DNA of 64,000 nt from a virus, in IMG/VR virus record IMGVR_UViG_3300042453_005424, positions 10,455 to 74,454 of that record. One strand, given 5' to 3'. Each line of letters opens with the position of its first letter. Position 1 is the stretch's first letter. The translations under genes were made by a program, and so were the position numbers. The notes beneath the pieces are model-generated. The model saw only the letters and a list, made by a program, of their open reading frames with translations. It searched no databases and was not told where the DNA came from. Below are positions 10,269 through 19,744 of this stretch, piece by piece.

Positions 10269-10697
10269 TTATGCAGATAACTGAAGGAACTCGATGGTTA
10301 CATTATCCATAACAGTCAAGCCTTCTGCTTCTGCTTGTACTTGGAATTGTGTTACTATACAACCTGTAGCGGTGAGTGTTGTAGAAGCTCCGCCGCCGCA
10401 GCCGCCAGCCATAGCAAATGTGAGAGTTCCCGGCTCGCACGCTTTCCATCCAGGGCTACTGAACAGCTCGCTAGAATTTGTCGTAAGCAATCTAGCTATA
10501 GTTATTTGCCCGACAGGCATAGTGGCCCATATGGCTGCGACTCTATTTCCAATAGTACGTCTGCGATTTATTTGCTGCGCGTAGTTAATACTGATCTGGA
10601 CAGCTCCTGTTACAATTCCACCCCAGTTAATGGTGCATTTATCTGCTGTGATTGGTGTTGCGATGTCTTGATCTTTATATCCAAATAGGTCGGCCAT
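10269..10697 (-). CDS. Tail tube protein
   Basis: 142 aa, beta-rich, just downstream of the sheath gene, with its own promoter and terminator. Confidence 0.7.
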   Translation of the reverse strand: MADLFGYKDQDIATPITADKCTINWGGIVTGAVQISINYAQQINRRRTIGNRVAAIWATMPVGQITIARLLTTNSSELFSSPGWKACEPGTLTFAMAGGCGGGASTTLTATGCIVTQFQVQAEAEGLTVMDNVTIEFLQLSA

Positions 10698-10726
10698 ATA
10701 TTTATTCTAGTTAAGGTTATGTATAT

Positions 10727-10755
10727 AGTTTATGAAATTTTCTCTACCCTTGCAA
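10727..10755 (-). promoter_or_regulatory. Sigma70-like promoter TTGCAA-N17-TAAACT (tail tube)
   Basis: Read directly in the intergenic region. Confidence 0.6.
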
Positions 10756-10772
10756 GTTTATTTGTTGTTTAT

Positions 10773-10973
10773 TTAAAGTAATCCTAACGATTTTGCTATT
10801 TCATCAAAGCTAGCGTCTTCGCCTTTAGTATACCTTATCCAGCCTTGTCCTTCTCCAACTATTCTATATATTGTATTAGGCTTTCCGTCAGGAGAAAAAA
10901 TTAAAACCCCTGTAGCTTTATCAGTATTTAATAATGCAGGTTCTCTAAAATCTCCAGTTACTATAACTTTCAT
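10773..10973 (-). CDS. Hypothetical protein
   Basis: 66-aa ORF, TAATG-coupled to the upstream gene. Confidence 0.6.
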   Translation of the reverse strand: MKVIVTGDFREPALLNTDKATGVLIFSPDGKPNTIYRIVGEGQGWIRYTKGEDASFDEIAKSLGLL

Positions 10974-11209
10974 TATAATCGAATTTTTTTCTTTGCTGCT
11001 CTCATTCTGTCATCTATAATTTCATGTTTTAACATATTGGCTAAAATACCTACAGTAGTCGGGTCGTTTGTTTTTTCTGTAGGGAAAGTTTCGAATAACT
11101 TTCCAGCCTCGGAATGCTCCATGGCTCTTTTATATATATGGGCTGTCTGTTCGGTAGACAGCCCATATTCATTAGCGTAAGTTATGAACCCGGCTTCGAA
11201 AGCGGTCAT
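10973..11209 (-). CDS. Small putative head protein with FxxGF...KxA module
   Basis: MTAFEAGFITYANEYGLSTEQTAHIYKRA. AGGAGA Shine-Dalgarno. Confidence 0.6.
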   Translation of the reverse strand: MTAFEAGFITYANEYGLSTEQTAHIYKRAMEHSEAGKLFETFPTEKTNDPTTVGILANMLKHEIIDDRMRAAKKKIRL

Positions 11210-11222
11210 ACTTTATGTCTCC

Positions 11223-14200
11223 TTAGACGATAAGCTTGAGGTTGATGTAGTTCATCGGGTAAGGAACATTCAGTCTAACCTCTACATCAATTCTATCTTT
11301 ATAGGTAGCATTTTGCTCAAGTCTTAAAATGTCATCTTTTGGAACAAAACTGACCAACTGGTTACCTGCTCTATATGTCCAGGTATTTGTCGCTCTAAAA
11401 TTAAGCTGAGAGACAATAGCGGCGCGCACAACAACCAAGTTTTCTGGGTTGATGTTGAATCTGCCGATAAAAGGCTCAAGTGTAGCCTTCAGAGCATAAC
11501 TGATCGAGTCTACGTTGGTAGTGATTGAATCTTCTGAAGTATTCAAACTACGTTCATCAGTCGTCAACTGGTGGCGAACATAAGGCGTAGCCCCGACCAC
11601 TTCTTGCGTGATCAGCCATATACCTTGCTCAGCCATCACGTTCAGCTCATCTTGAGTAAATTCAAGAACAACTTTGGATAAATCATCAGCTCCGAGATAT
11701 TCTGTGTTAGTTAACCCTTGATGGGGCACAACACCAGACCTAAGCCCTGCAAGCCCTGCGGCTGCAAAATAACCCTGCTTGACGACGTTTCCGTACTTAA
11801 ATGTGTCAGGGAAAACACAACGCACACGACGGTTATTGTATTCACCTCCGATAAGAGCAACATTATTGGCTCTTTCGGACCTTGTGTACATTCTAACTAT
11901 TTGAACTTTGGTTAATGTACCTATCGCAGCCGGGAGCGGCTTGGTGATAGTGAATGATGTTTGTGTGCGAACTGTATCGATAACAAATTCGTCATAAATC
12001 ATCTTACCGTCAGGATTTAATCTAAAGTTCATGCGAAGACGATCGTTCGGGCGAATTCCGTCTTCTATGAAGGTTGCGTCGGGCACAGAAACAAGCTTGT
12101 ATTGTATTCCTCCAACTGCGGGGTCATCTCCTACAGTAGCTTGATACGGAGAACCATCTTCTTTCAAGTCATAAAGAACTTTAGAAGCCTCGTCTTTTAC
12201 AGAAAGCCATGCAATTCTCCAGCGGCCTACCTCCGGAGTACTGTAGGCATTAACGTGCGAAACAACAGCGTCCTGGATAGGTCTATCGAATGTCATAGGA
12301 ACAAAGCTATAAACTTTGTTGCTTTTTTCAGAGATCTTGATTGCCTTAGTGTAGCCGTTCAGGTCATTCGACTCAACACCGATAAAGTAAACCAGCATGT
12401 TGCTCGCATTCAAAACAGCGTCGTATACACCCTGGGCAAGCGGGTTGTCTGGGTGTACTGTGCCAAGCTTTGTGGTAACTTCTGCAAGGCTGCGAACCGA
12501 GTCGATAGCGTTTACATTATCTTGTAACAAATCTCGGTGCTCTACAAATAAGCTGGCTTTTGCTACAGGTAACCGAACCGGCGTACCAGCGTCTGTAAGC
12601 CTGTTATCATAGCTGGTAATTCCTCCGTTAATCGTTATATAGTTGTTATCAAGAACCCAGTTGGATGTCATCGTGACTAGATCTCGTGTAGCTGGAATCT
12701 GGATAGATTTCTGTACCACGAAAAGCTTGACTGTGTGCGACGTAGCGATAGACACCATCGCGTCAGGCATATCAGCAGAAAAGTCTACAACTCTTACACG
12801 ACCCAGCTTTTCAGCCGTAACAGGAATGTAGTATGTGTCACCTGCGATTAAACCCCCGTTGTTAGACCCTGCAGCGAATTTACCGGTTACACCAAAACTT
12901 CCAACATTGAATGCAGTGTTAAGCTGCGGGAGAACCGCAGAAGAAGTATCGATATCTGACGCAGTAATAACAATTCTTGCACATGTTTCAAAATTACCTG
13001 CCACAGGATCATAAAAAGCTCCACCTCTTTCGACTGTGAGCTTATAATACATATCAGAAGGCCCTGTGTAGCCTCTAAGAGGATCAGCAGCAGCAGCTAC
13101 AGGGTTAACCTGGGTAACTGCAGCTGTAACCTCAAGAGTCCACTTTGTACCTAAAGTAAAATTAGTGGTTCCTGTGAAATCTAACTTTACATTATTCAGG
13201 TTAAAATTATCTATGATAAGTTCGTCCGCCGCGTCGAGAGAAAGGTTGGTTCTTTCGATAAAAGCAAGGCTTTCGGACGAAACATTGAACCTTGCGTCAG
13301 CCAAATTTCCGCCAACTATAACTTCAATAGTATACTTGTCTGCTAAAATATTTCTACTGTTATAGCCTACATAAGCTGTAGAGGAGTTAGCCACAGTGAC
13401 ACCAGTAACGCTTCCTGTTCCTGGAACAAGCACAGGCGCGGCGCTAAAGCTTGCGGCCTGAGCAGCTGTATTATTAGCGTCATTGTATACCCCCTCAACA
13501 AAATAAGGGAGAGTTGTTCCTGTAGCTACACTCGCGTTCAAAACAATGGCAGTATTGCTCAGACGAGCTAAAATTTTACGCACACCTCGCCCGCCGATAG
13601 TGATAAATTTTCCAACCATAGCCTCAGTGAATACCGCTGAAGCTGATGTAAATGTAGTTGACCCGTTGGCTACACCATCGTTACCAGCCTCAAGTTCTCT
13701 ACCGATTGTGGATGCCAGCGAAGCATCTTCTTTAGCTGTGTCTGCTCGAAGCGCTGTGATTTTACCCCGCACTGTGTTGCCGAGGTTATCGGTAACTTCT
13801 ATGATATCGTTTAAAGAAACATCGCGACCACTAAAATAATTGGACCTGCTGTACCCATTGGCTGTTTTGAGCACCGCACTAGTAAAACGAATTTTATTTG
13901 TGTATTTCTGCCCTGTAGGTCCGCTTAAAAGAGCCACATCATCTGCGTGAGTGGCGTTAGACCCTAAATCAGGATTAGGAAAATATTGAGCTTCAACAGC
14001 TTCAGCATAAACTTTTGTATAATCCGGGTCCACAAGACCTCCTGCAGGAACATTAGGCACGTCGTAAGTTGTATCTACGTCAGGAAGATAACTATTTCCT
14101 GTAGCTAAATACGCACCATTATATGTTTTTGGTGCAGTGAAAGGCTTTTCTGAAGCTTCACTATAACGAGTTAATGAAAACTGAGGCCCAAGAATAAACG

Positions 14201-14276
14201 CGGGAAGCGGAAACTCTCTGAATACCGGTAGTTGAGTGAACTCTTGCTGAATTAAGACTCTTGGTGTGATGTACAT
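11223..14276 (-). CDS. Tail sheath protein (large, with inserted domains)
   Basis: N-terminal MYITPRVLIQQ and C-terminal YVRHQLTT...IDVEVRLNVPYPMNYINLKLIV sheath signatures. AGGAGA SD. Confidence 0.9.
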   Translation of the reverse strand: MYITPRVLIQQEFTQLPVFREFPLPAFILGPQFSLTRYSEASEKPFTAPKTYNGAYLATGNSYLPDVDTTYDVPNVPAGGLVDPDYTKVYAEAVEAQYFPNPDLGSNATHADDVALLSGPTGQKYTNKIRFTSAVLKTANGYSRSNYFSGRDVSLNDIIEVTDNLGNTVRGKITALRADTAKEDASLASTIGRELEAGNDGVANGSTTFTSASAVFTEAMVGKFITIGGRGVRKILARLSNTAIVLNASVATGTTLPYFVEGVYNDANNTAAQAASFSAAPVLVPGTGSVTGVTVANSSTAYVGYNSRNILADKYTIEVIVGGNLADARFNVSSESLAFIERTNLSLDAADELIIDNFNLNNVKLDFTGTTNFTLGTKWTLEVTAAVTQVNPVAAAADPLRGYTGPSDMYYKLTVERGGAFYDPVAGNFETCARIVITASDIDTSSAVLPQLNTAFNVGSFGVTGKFAAGSNNGGLIAGDTYYIPVTAEKLGRVRVVDFSADMPDAMVSIATSHTVKLFVVQKSIQIPATRDLVTMTSNWVLDNNYITINGGITSYDNRLTDAGTPVRLPVAKASLFVEHRDLLQDNVNAIDSVRSLAEVTTKLGTVHPDNPLAQGVYDAVLNASNMLVYFIGVESNDLNGYTKAIKISEKSNKVYSFVPMTFDRPIQDAVVSHVNAYSTPEVGRWRIAWLSVKDEASKVLYDLKEDGSPYQATVGDDPAVGGIQYKLVSVPDATFIEDGIRPNDRLRMNFRLNPDGKMIYDEFVIDTVRTQTSFTITKPLPAAIGTLTKVQIVRMYTRSERANNVALIGGEYNNRRVRCVFPDTFKYGNVVKQGYFAAAGLAGLRSGVVPHQGLTNTEYLGADDLSKVVLEFTQDELNVMAEQGIWLITQEVVGATPYVRHQLTTDERSLNTSEDSITTNVDSISYALKATLEPFIGRFNINPENLVVVRAAIVSQLNFRATNTWTYRAGNQLVSFVPKDDILRLEQNATYKDRIDVEVRLNVPYPMNYINLKLIV

Positions 14277-14316
14277 ATTATTTATTTCTCCTGAATGTAT
14301 TTTTTATACTTAATTA

Positions 14317-14345
14317 ATTTTAGGTTAAATCGATTGCGTTTGCAA
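14317..14345 (-). promoter_or_regulatory. Sigma70-like promoter TTGCAA-N17-TAAAAT (sheath)
   Basis: Read directly in the intergenic region. Confidence 0.65.
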
Positions 14346-14359
14346 CACATAAATAAACT

Positions 14360-15058
14360 TTATTGCTGCTCCAACGGTTGCTCCGAGCAACTCGTAAAAA
14401 CTGTATGTGTAATTGTTTTTATCTTCAAATGGTCACCCTTGATCACTGTGCCTAGGTCAAATACTGCTTGTAAAGTAATATTAACAACAAAATGATCCTT
14501 GCTTTCTAAGTATAGCATAGGAGGATCTATAGTGAGTAGCTTAAATTGGCGTAAACAAAAATCTTTTTTAATAATCTCCTGGTATCTAAAGAATATTTTG
14601 AAAACATACTCAGCCATTTGTTCTGCAAATCCAACGTTAGTGGCAACCACAGATAAATTAACAGGCATGGTTATTATCGCGAATCGCGCCTTTTCTGATT
14701 CTTTCGCGTTAATACCTATTAATTGATTTATTGTCGGAAACGTATACACTCCTTGCCCGCGTGAAACATATATCGCAGGTCGCTTTTGTATCACAGAATC
14801 TTTATAGTGATAAGCTATCTCAATAGCTATACCTGATTTAGTTTCATCTAAATCATAAGTTTGAGAAAACACATACCCTTCTTTTTGTGGGGAGTTCTCG
14901 AGCATATAATTTTTCACTATCTCATAGCAAATATTTTGCACAGTCCACGGGGTTAATACCATCACTCGTTTATCTGCCAAATATTTTTCACGCTCATCAA
15001 TATTGAGATAAGCTATATCTGGCGATCCGCAGTATTGTTTATTTAATGGGTCAGACAT
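14360..15058 (-). CDS. Putative tail completion/terminator protein
   Basis: KRPAIYVSRG motif. Lies between the neck and sheath genes. Confidence 0.55.
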   Translation of the reverse strand: MSDPLNKQYCGSPDIAYLNIDEREKYLADKRVMVLTPWTVQNICYEIVKNYMLENSPQKEGYVFSQTYDLDETKSGIAIEIAYHYKDSVIQKRPAIYVSRGQGVYTFPTINQLIGINAKESEKARFAIITMPVNLSVVATNVGFAEQMAEYVFKIFFRYQEIIKKDFCLRQFKLLTIDPPMLYLESKDHFVVNITLQAVFDLGTVIKGDHLKIKTITHTVFTSCSEQPLEQQ

Positions 15059-15065
15059 AATTTTC

Positions 15066-15878
15066 TTACACTGTAGGTATAGGTATGGAATATATTGTGT
15101 CCGTGGGAGCTATTAAACGCAAAGTAACTTTCTGAATAACTGTTATGCTAGTCCCTGGAAAAGATTTATATGCTTTCGACATAACACTATACCTAGAACC
15201 GTCGTCTGCATCGCACACAACGTCTCTAACTTCTAACATAGGAAATCCCGGAAATTTTGCTAAAAAATCGAAAGTTTCTTTTACCCCTATTCCCTCTCTG
15301 TCTAATTGGCGATCTTGAGAGCTATTTTCAAAATAAAAAGCGCACGGAGCAGGATTAAAATATCCTCCATCCAATCCGACGCCATAATCTTCTTCTTTAG
15401 TGTCGGACAACGGTACACCAGAAACAGGATCCAAATTTTTAGCAATTCTAGCCGGAGCTTTTCCGTAACTTTTCCGTTTCAACAACCAGCCTTTTTGCCC
15501 TGCATATCTGCAAGCCAGAAGCTCTTTCCGTATTATTTCTGCAGCCATAGCATACTTGCGTAATTCTACTTTATGCGCCCCGAATGAAATTGCTTTAGAA
15601 CAGTGCGTTTGACCATCTCCAGTGTATAAAATTACTCGGTAATAATAACTCTGTCCCCATGACTGCTTCAAATTAAAATCGTCTATCGCATAAAATACAT
15701 CACCTAAGTTATTCTTAACCGCGATCAATTCTGAAAAATCTGCAGTTTGTGATATTTCAAGCGAAAAATTATATGGGCGCTCCCCACGAAAAAATGGGTC
15801 CAATTCCCATTGTACCATGTGCCCATTAATATAATCAGGGATCATGGTGACTGTTTTGAATACTTTCTGAGCACTCAT
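15066..15878 (-). CDS. Putative neck / head-closure protein
   Basis: YGVGLDGGYFNP motif and position. Confidence 0.5.
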   Translation of the reverse strand: MSAQKVFKTVTMIPDYINGHMVQWELDPFFRGERPYNFSLEISQTADFSELIAVKNNLGDVFYAIDDFNLKQSWGQSYYYRVILYTGDGQTHCSKAISFGAHKVELRKYAMAAEIIRKELLACRYAGQKGWLLKRKSYGKAPARIAKNLDPVSGVPLSDTKEEDYGVGLDGGYFNPAPCAFYFENSSQDRQLDREGIGVKETFDFLAKFPGFPMLEVRDVVCDADDGSRYSVMSKAYKSFPGTSITVIQKVTLRLIAPTDTIYSIPIPTV

Positions 15879-15883
15879 TCGAA

Positions 15884-16111
15884 TTATTTACCTTTTAAAA
15901 ATTTAGCTGCGCCCTCGGCAATAATAAAATTAGGTATAGCTACTTTGAGTGTTTTCATAGCTATGCTATATGCTCCGTCAGTAACTATTTTTTTTGCTTT
16001 GTTTTTAAATAATCTCCATCTGATATGCGATACTAATCTTTTATTGGATGGTGCGAGCTGAAGCGCCCGAATCATTCTATTGTAGTCATTTATTATAGGA
16101 GATTGTTCCAT
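15884..16111 (-). CDS. Hypothetical protein
   Basis: 75-aa ORF in the operon. Confidence 0.45.
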   Translation of the reverse strand: MEQSPIINDYNRMIRALQLAPSNKRLVSHIRWRLFKNKAKKIVTDGAYSIAMKTLKVAIPNFIIAEGAAKFLKGK

Positions 16112-16125
16112 GGAAATTATATAGC

Positions 16126-16572
16126 TTAAAACCTACGCCTATGTATATATTCAGAATGCACCGTCCCGTATATTTGAGCGATATTTTGGTTTATTTTGAT
16201 TTGCTGACCTAATTCTTTAAAGTCTTCTTGTAAGCTTTGAGCTAGAGATGCGAATATCTGGGCTTTATCCTTGTCGTTTATCTGCACCCCGTCAGCAGCA
16301 TAACTTAAGCTATTCGCCGCTTCGTTTATTGCCCCGGAGCGCAATAAATATGCCGCAGAGCCTAGCAATAAAAGAGAGCGAAATGGAAATGTCTCTACCG
16401 TATACATAAACCCTGAAGGCGGGTTCATTAAATTATAATAATCCACAGTATTAATCATAGCTTGCTCGATCATTTCAGGCGTGAATCTAATCCCGAGCAA
16501 CAAAGGATTCATCTCTTCACGGTCTTGTATAAAAAGACGTATTTCTTCGCTAGTTAATATTGGCGCAGCCAT
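16126..16572 (-). CDS. Putative head-tail adaptor
   Basis: Helical 148 aa with LSYAADGVQINDK, downstream of the capsid gene. Confidence 0.55.
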   Translation of the reverse strand: MAAPILTSEEIRLFIQDREEMNPLLLGIRFTPEMIEQAMINTVDYYNLMNPPSGFMYTVETFPFRSLLLLGSAAYLLRSGAINEAANSLSYAADGVQINDKDKAQIFASLAQSLQEDFKELGQQIKINQNIAQIYGTVHSEYIHRRRF

Positions 16573-16589
16573 AATATTTAAAATATAAA

Positions 16590-16868
16590 TTAAAGTTTTG
16601 TTGCTTTGATCGGTTTGGCTGGAGCGGGGGCAGAGGCTCCTGTTGTTGTAGCTGCAGTGCTTTTTCCTACAGTAGCATTGTTGCTAGGTTTAGGAAAATT
16701 TCCTTCTCTAGGGGCAGGAGCACCTGAAATAACAGGTGCTGTTTCGATGTTAGATGGTGTTCCTCCTACACCACCTACATCTTTAGAAGGATAATTAGGC
16801 TGAATTACCATACTTGTTTTTTTCAAAAAAATATCAAATTCTTCGAGTATATTTTCCGATGTATCCAT
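16590..16868 (-). CDS. Low-complexity protein with N-terminal KxS motif
   Basis: LEEFDIFLKKTS followed by a Pro/Ala-rich tail. Has its own promoter. Confidence 0.5.
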   Translation of the reverse strand: MDTSENILEEFDIFLKKTSMVIQPNYPSKDVGGVGGTPSNIETAPVISGAPAPREGNFPKPSNNATVGKSTAATTTGASAPAPAKPIKATKL

Positions 16869-16875
16869 AATTTAA

Positions 16876-16904
16876 ATTATATATCCAAAAGAAATTTATA
16901 GCAA
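16876..16904 (-). promoter_or_regulatory. Promoter TTGCTA-N17-TATAAT, 7 nt before ATG (leaderless)
   Basis: Read directly. Confidence 0.65.
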
Positions 16905-16930
16905 GAGGCATACTGCCTCTTTTTAAATAG

Positions 16931-16958
16931 AAAAGGGGTCCGCACGGGACCCCTCTCT
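16931..16958 (-). terminator. Terminator after major capsid gene
   Basis: Minus strand AGGGGTCC-CGTGC-GGACCCCT-TTT. Confidence 0.8.
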
Positions 16959-16989
16959 ATAACTTATCTTATCTTATCTTATTTTAACC

Positions 16990-17946
16990 TTAGACGAAGT
17001 CGATTCTGACCGCGCCCTTAACGTTACCGATAGCGAGCGAAAGGTTCATGTATTGGAAGTACTCCAAGAAGTATGCTTCGTTTTTCATGAACACAGTGAG
17101 CGGCTGTAAGCGATAATATTTACCAAAGAACTCTTCCGAAGAAAAGAGATAAATAGTTCCGTCAGGAACCAAGTCAGACTTGATTGTGTAGATGGGTTTC
17201 ACGCCTAAGAGAGTCTTAGAAGGAAGGCCATTCACAAACATGTCTTGAGCAAGATCACCACCAACTTCAGAGCGACTCATCTTAACGAAGTCGTCTGCAG
17301 TAACAGTATTCATGAGCATAACACCCTTGGATTCTCCACCATCAGGCTGCGAAGGTCCAAAAGGAACGCGGAGGCGTTTGATCACTTTGAAGGCTTCTGC
17401 GACATTTTCACGAGTAATTCCGCCAGAAATGCTGCGGTATTGGGGAAGACCCATGCCGTTCAACGGGTTGACGGCGTCTCTCGTTCCGAGCACGCTATTA
17501 ACACGCTCGATGAATCTAGAATCGATCTCAGCAGCAATATCCTTGGTGCTGATTTCGAGCATGATCGCACGAATGTCATAGTCGTAGCTACGAAGATGAT
17601 CGATGTCCTTGTTGAACTTCGGGGATGTGATCCGTGTGAAGTAAGAAGGATAACGCGATCCGCTGAACTGATAAGCGTCCGGAACTACTCCGAGAGGAAT
17701 AGTAACAGCAGGAGCTGTATCAGGCTCACGATCATTCCACTTAACCAAGAACTCGGGGTTTTCTGCCTTGTCGAGTTCGTCATTACTGATGTCGATAGGC
17801 GTCAGAATCTTTTCTGTGAAGCTCTCTTCACGAAGTTTATTACGAGTAAAAGATTGCGCTGAAACAGCGGCCTTTTTCTCTTCGCCGGCTCGAATCATTT
17901 CAACGAACGTGTCGTTGAATACTTTTTGATTTGCGATTTTTTCCAT
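16990..17946 (-). CDS. Major capsid protein (HK97-fold)
   Basis: 318 aa with ITSPKF...DIRAIM...DIAAEIDSRF. Strong codon bias, AGGAGA SD and its own terminator. Downstream of protease, scaffold and decoration genes. Confidence 0.8.
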   Translation of the reverse strand: MEKIANQKVFNDTFVEMIRAGEEKKAAVSAQSFTRNKLREESFTEKILTPIDISNDELDKAENPEFLVKWNDREPDTAPAVTIPLGVVPDAYQFSGSRYPSYFTRITSPKFNKDIDHLRSYDYDIRAIMLEISTKDIAAEIDSRFIERVNSVLGTRDAVNPLNGMGLPQYRSISGGITRENVAEAFKVIKRLRVPFGPSQPDGGESKGVMLMNTVTADDFVKMSRSEVGGDLAQDMFVNGLPSKTLLGVKPIYTIKSDLVPDGTIYLFSSEEFFGKYYRLQPLTVFMKNEAYFLEYFQYMNLSLAIGNVKGAVRIDFV

Positions 17947-17967
17947 AGTATTAATTCTCCTGATCTA

Positions 17968-18450
17968 TTAAGCGTTGAGTTTCACTGCGACAAATGTCAC
18001 GGCGGCGCCGGCTGCTCCTCTGGGGAGTGTGCGGAAGCCTTCAACCCAGCCAACAACCTTACTTCCAGCATTTCCGCCGGTGGCTGCGATGGTGGTTAAG
18101 TTTCCGCTGTCGTTTGTAGTGAGCGGTGTGCCTATTGCTGCGGTGGCAACAGCTGTTTCATATTTGTCTGTTTCTACGACAGAAGCGCCATCAAGCCCGA
18201 AGACACCGATTCTTCCGGACTCAACTACATCTCCATCTGTTTGGTCGTTGATAGCGAAACCTAAGAGTACATTCCCAGGCACAGCTCCTGTACCAGAGTT
18301 AGCTCCTCTAGCGACTTCGACTAAGCTAGCGCCTGCGGCAGTGAATACACGTACCACATGGCCGGCTTCGATTGCATTTCCCGCGACAGGCTTACCAATA
18401 AAATTTGTTTGGCGAAGACTTAAAGCAGGACCTTTTTTGAAGTTAATCAT
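17968..18450 (-). CDS. Head decoration/cement protein
   Basis: Gly/Ala-rich beta-tulip-like 160 aa directly upstream of the MCP. AGGAGA SD. Confidence 0.7.
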   Translation of the reverse strand: MINFKKGPALSLRQTNFIGKPVAGNAIEAGHVVRVFTAAGASLVEVARGANSGTGAVPGNVLLGFAINDQTDGDVVESGRIGVFGLDGASVVETDKYETAVATAAIGTPLTTNDSGNLTTIAATGGNAGSKVVGWVEGFRTLPRGAAGAAVTFVAVKLNA

Positions 18451-18562
18451 ATTATTCTCCTTTAATTTTGTTTATTTGTTTTGGTTTTTTTGTTTTCTTC
18501 GCTTTTCACTCTGCTAACCGATCAAGGTCACATCAGCAATGTATTTGCAAAGCTATATTATT

Positions 18563-18591
18563 ATTATCTATAATTACTGATATTTAGTCAA
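18563..18591 (-). promoter_or_regulatory. Probable promoter TTGACT-N17-GATAAT for the decoration-MCP operon
   Basis: Read directly. The -10 is imperfect. Confidence 0.45.
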
Positions 18592-18626
18592 TTATTTTTT
18601 TTAGATAAATCTTTAGAAAATTTAAA

Positions 18627-19202
18627 TTATTTAGAAGCTGCGGCAGCTCCTTGAAACTCTTTCGGTATAGCTTCAGGATGTCCTGTAAACCAAGCTGTTT
18701 GGCGGTCCATTTCTTCTCGGCTAATTTTTGATGGATCACTGTATATGCTCGCGGCGGCGGCCTGAGCTGGGGATAATTTCCCTTGAGCCACATTTTCTTT
18801 TAGTTCGATAAGTCTACTAATAAAATTTTCTTTTCTTATTTGTTTAAGTGCGGATTCGCGGCCCATACCTTTACCTAGACGGTAACCTGTATAACCTGGG
18901 ACAAACATAAATTTTGCTCCTCTTCCTAATAACGAGGGGCGGTCTTCGATTACTCTGGTCAACAACTTCTTTTTGAACTCTTCTGGTGTGTCCGATACAT
19001 CACGGAAATGGTTGGTTTTAGCTTTTTCCCTCAGATACCCTGCCCCCATACCCAAAGCAGAAGGAAGGCCGTAGTAGCCCATTTCCATAGCAGGCCCAAA
19101 AAAAGCTTTTTTTGTTAAGGAATCTATCTGAGCCTCCGGTAAACCGGACTCAGAAGCACGCTTTAAAAATCCTTCTATAAATTTTTGCTGCAACGTGCGC
19201 AT
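18627..19202 (-). CDS. Putative head-cargo protein (FxxGF...KxA module plus Gly-rich helix)
   Basis: KFIEGFLKRASESGLPEAQIDSLTKKA then GLPSALGMGAGY. Confidence 0.6.
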   Translation of the reverse strand: MRTLQQKFIEGFLKRASESGLPEAQIDSLTKKAFFGPAMEMGYYGLPSALGMGAGYLREKAKTNHFRDVSDTPEEFKKKLLTRVIEDRPSLLGRGAKFMFVPGYTGYRLGKGMGRESALKQIRKENFISRLIELKENVAQGKLSPAQAAAASIYSDPSKISREEMDRQTAWFTGHPEAIPKEFQGAAAASK

Positions 19203-19208
19203 AAAAAA

Positions 19209-19601
19209 TTATTCGTCTAAAAGACTATAGTTTTGGTCATAACCGAATGCTCGGCGCATCACAGGGTCTTCTGATGCTCCGGCCGATTTAACTGTGGCTA
19301 CTTTACCCATATAAGCAACATCTGATGCAGTACAAACACGCTCAACAATTTTAGCTAGATAACCGAGGTCTTCCTTGGCTTTTTTAAGGAACACTTCCTT
19401 CTCATCGCTATCAGTTATAAAATCAGAATTATATAGAGCATCAGCTGCTTTTTTCAAGGCAGCTTCGGTTTCTTGGTCTTTTTTAACTTTTTCAGCAGCT
19501 TCCTTTACTTGATAATCATGCAACTGATTTTTAAGCTCCTTGATTTCAGCTAAAGCCGATTTTACGAATTCTTCTATTTTGTTAGTTGCTTCGTTTGTCA
19601 T
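19209..19601 (-). CDS. Scaffold-like coiled-coil protein (KxA-rich)
   Basis: Contains KSA, KEA, KKA, KVA motifs. Upstream of the MCP. Confidence 0.55.
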   Translation of the reverse strand: MTNEATNKIEEFVKSALAEIKELKNQLHDYQVKEAAEKVKKDQETEAALKKAADALYNSDFITDSDEKEVFLKKAKEDLGYLAKIVERVCTASDVAYMGKVATVKSAGASEDPVMRRAFGYDQNYSLLDE

Positions 19602-19731
19602 TGTTTGCTTTATCTAGGTTTATCAAGCTGTCTATGTATTCTAAAACTTTTTGCTTGTCTTGATCGTCTAAATAATTAAGCGCGTTTATCGCTTGCTGCT
19701 CGACAGATATTTCTGGCGATGTATCAGGCAT
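19582..19731 (-). CDS. Small 49-aa protein (not in ORF track)
   Basis: MPDTSPEISVEQQAINALNYLDDQDKQKVLEYIDSLINLDKANNDKRSN fills the intergenic gap. Confidence 0.5.
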   Translation of the reverse strand: MPDTSPEISVEQQAINALNYLDDQDKQKVLEYIDSLINLDKANNDKRSN

Positions 19732-19744
19732 TATAAGCTGTTAG

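Noticed and set aside
17245-18517. Long plus-strand ORFs antisense to the capsid and decoration genes
   Set aside because: Shadow ORFs caused by the codon bias of highly expressed genes. No motifs or initiation signals.
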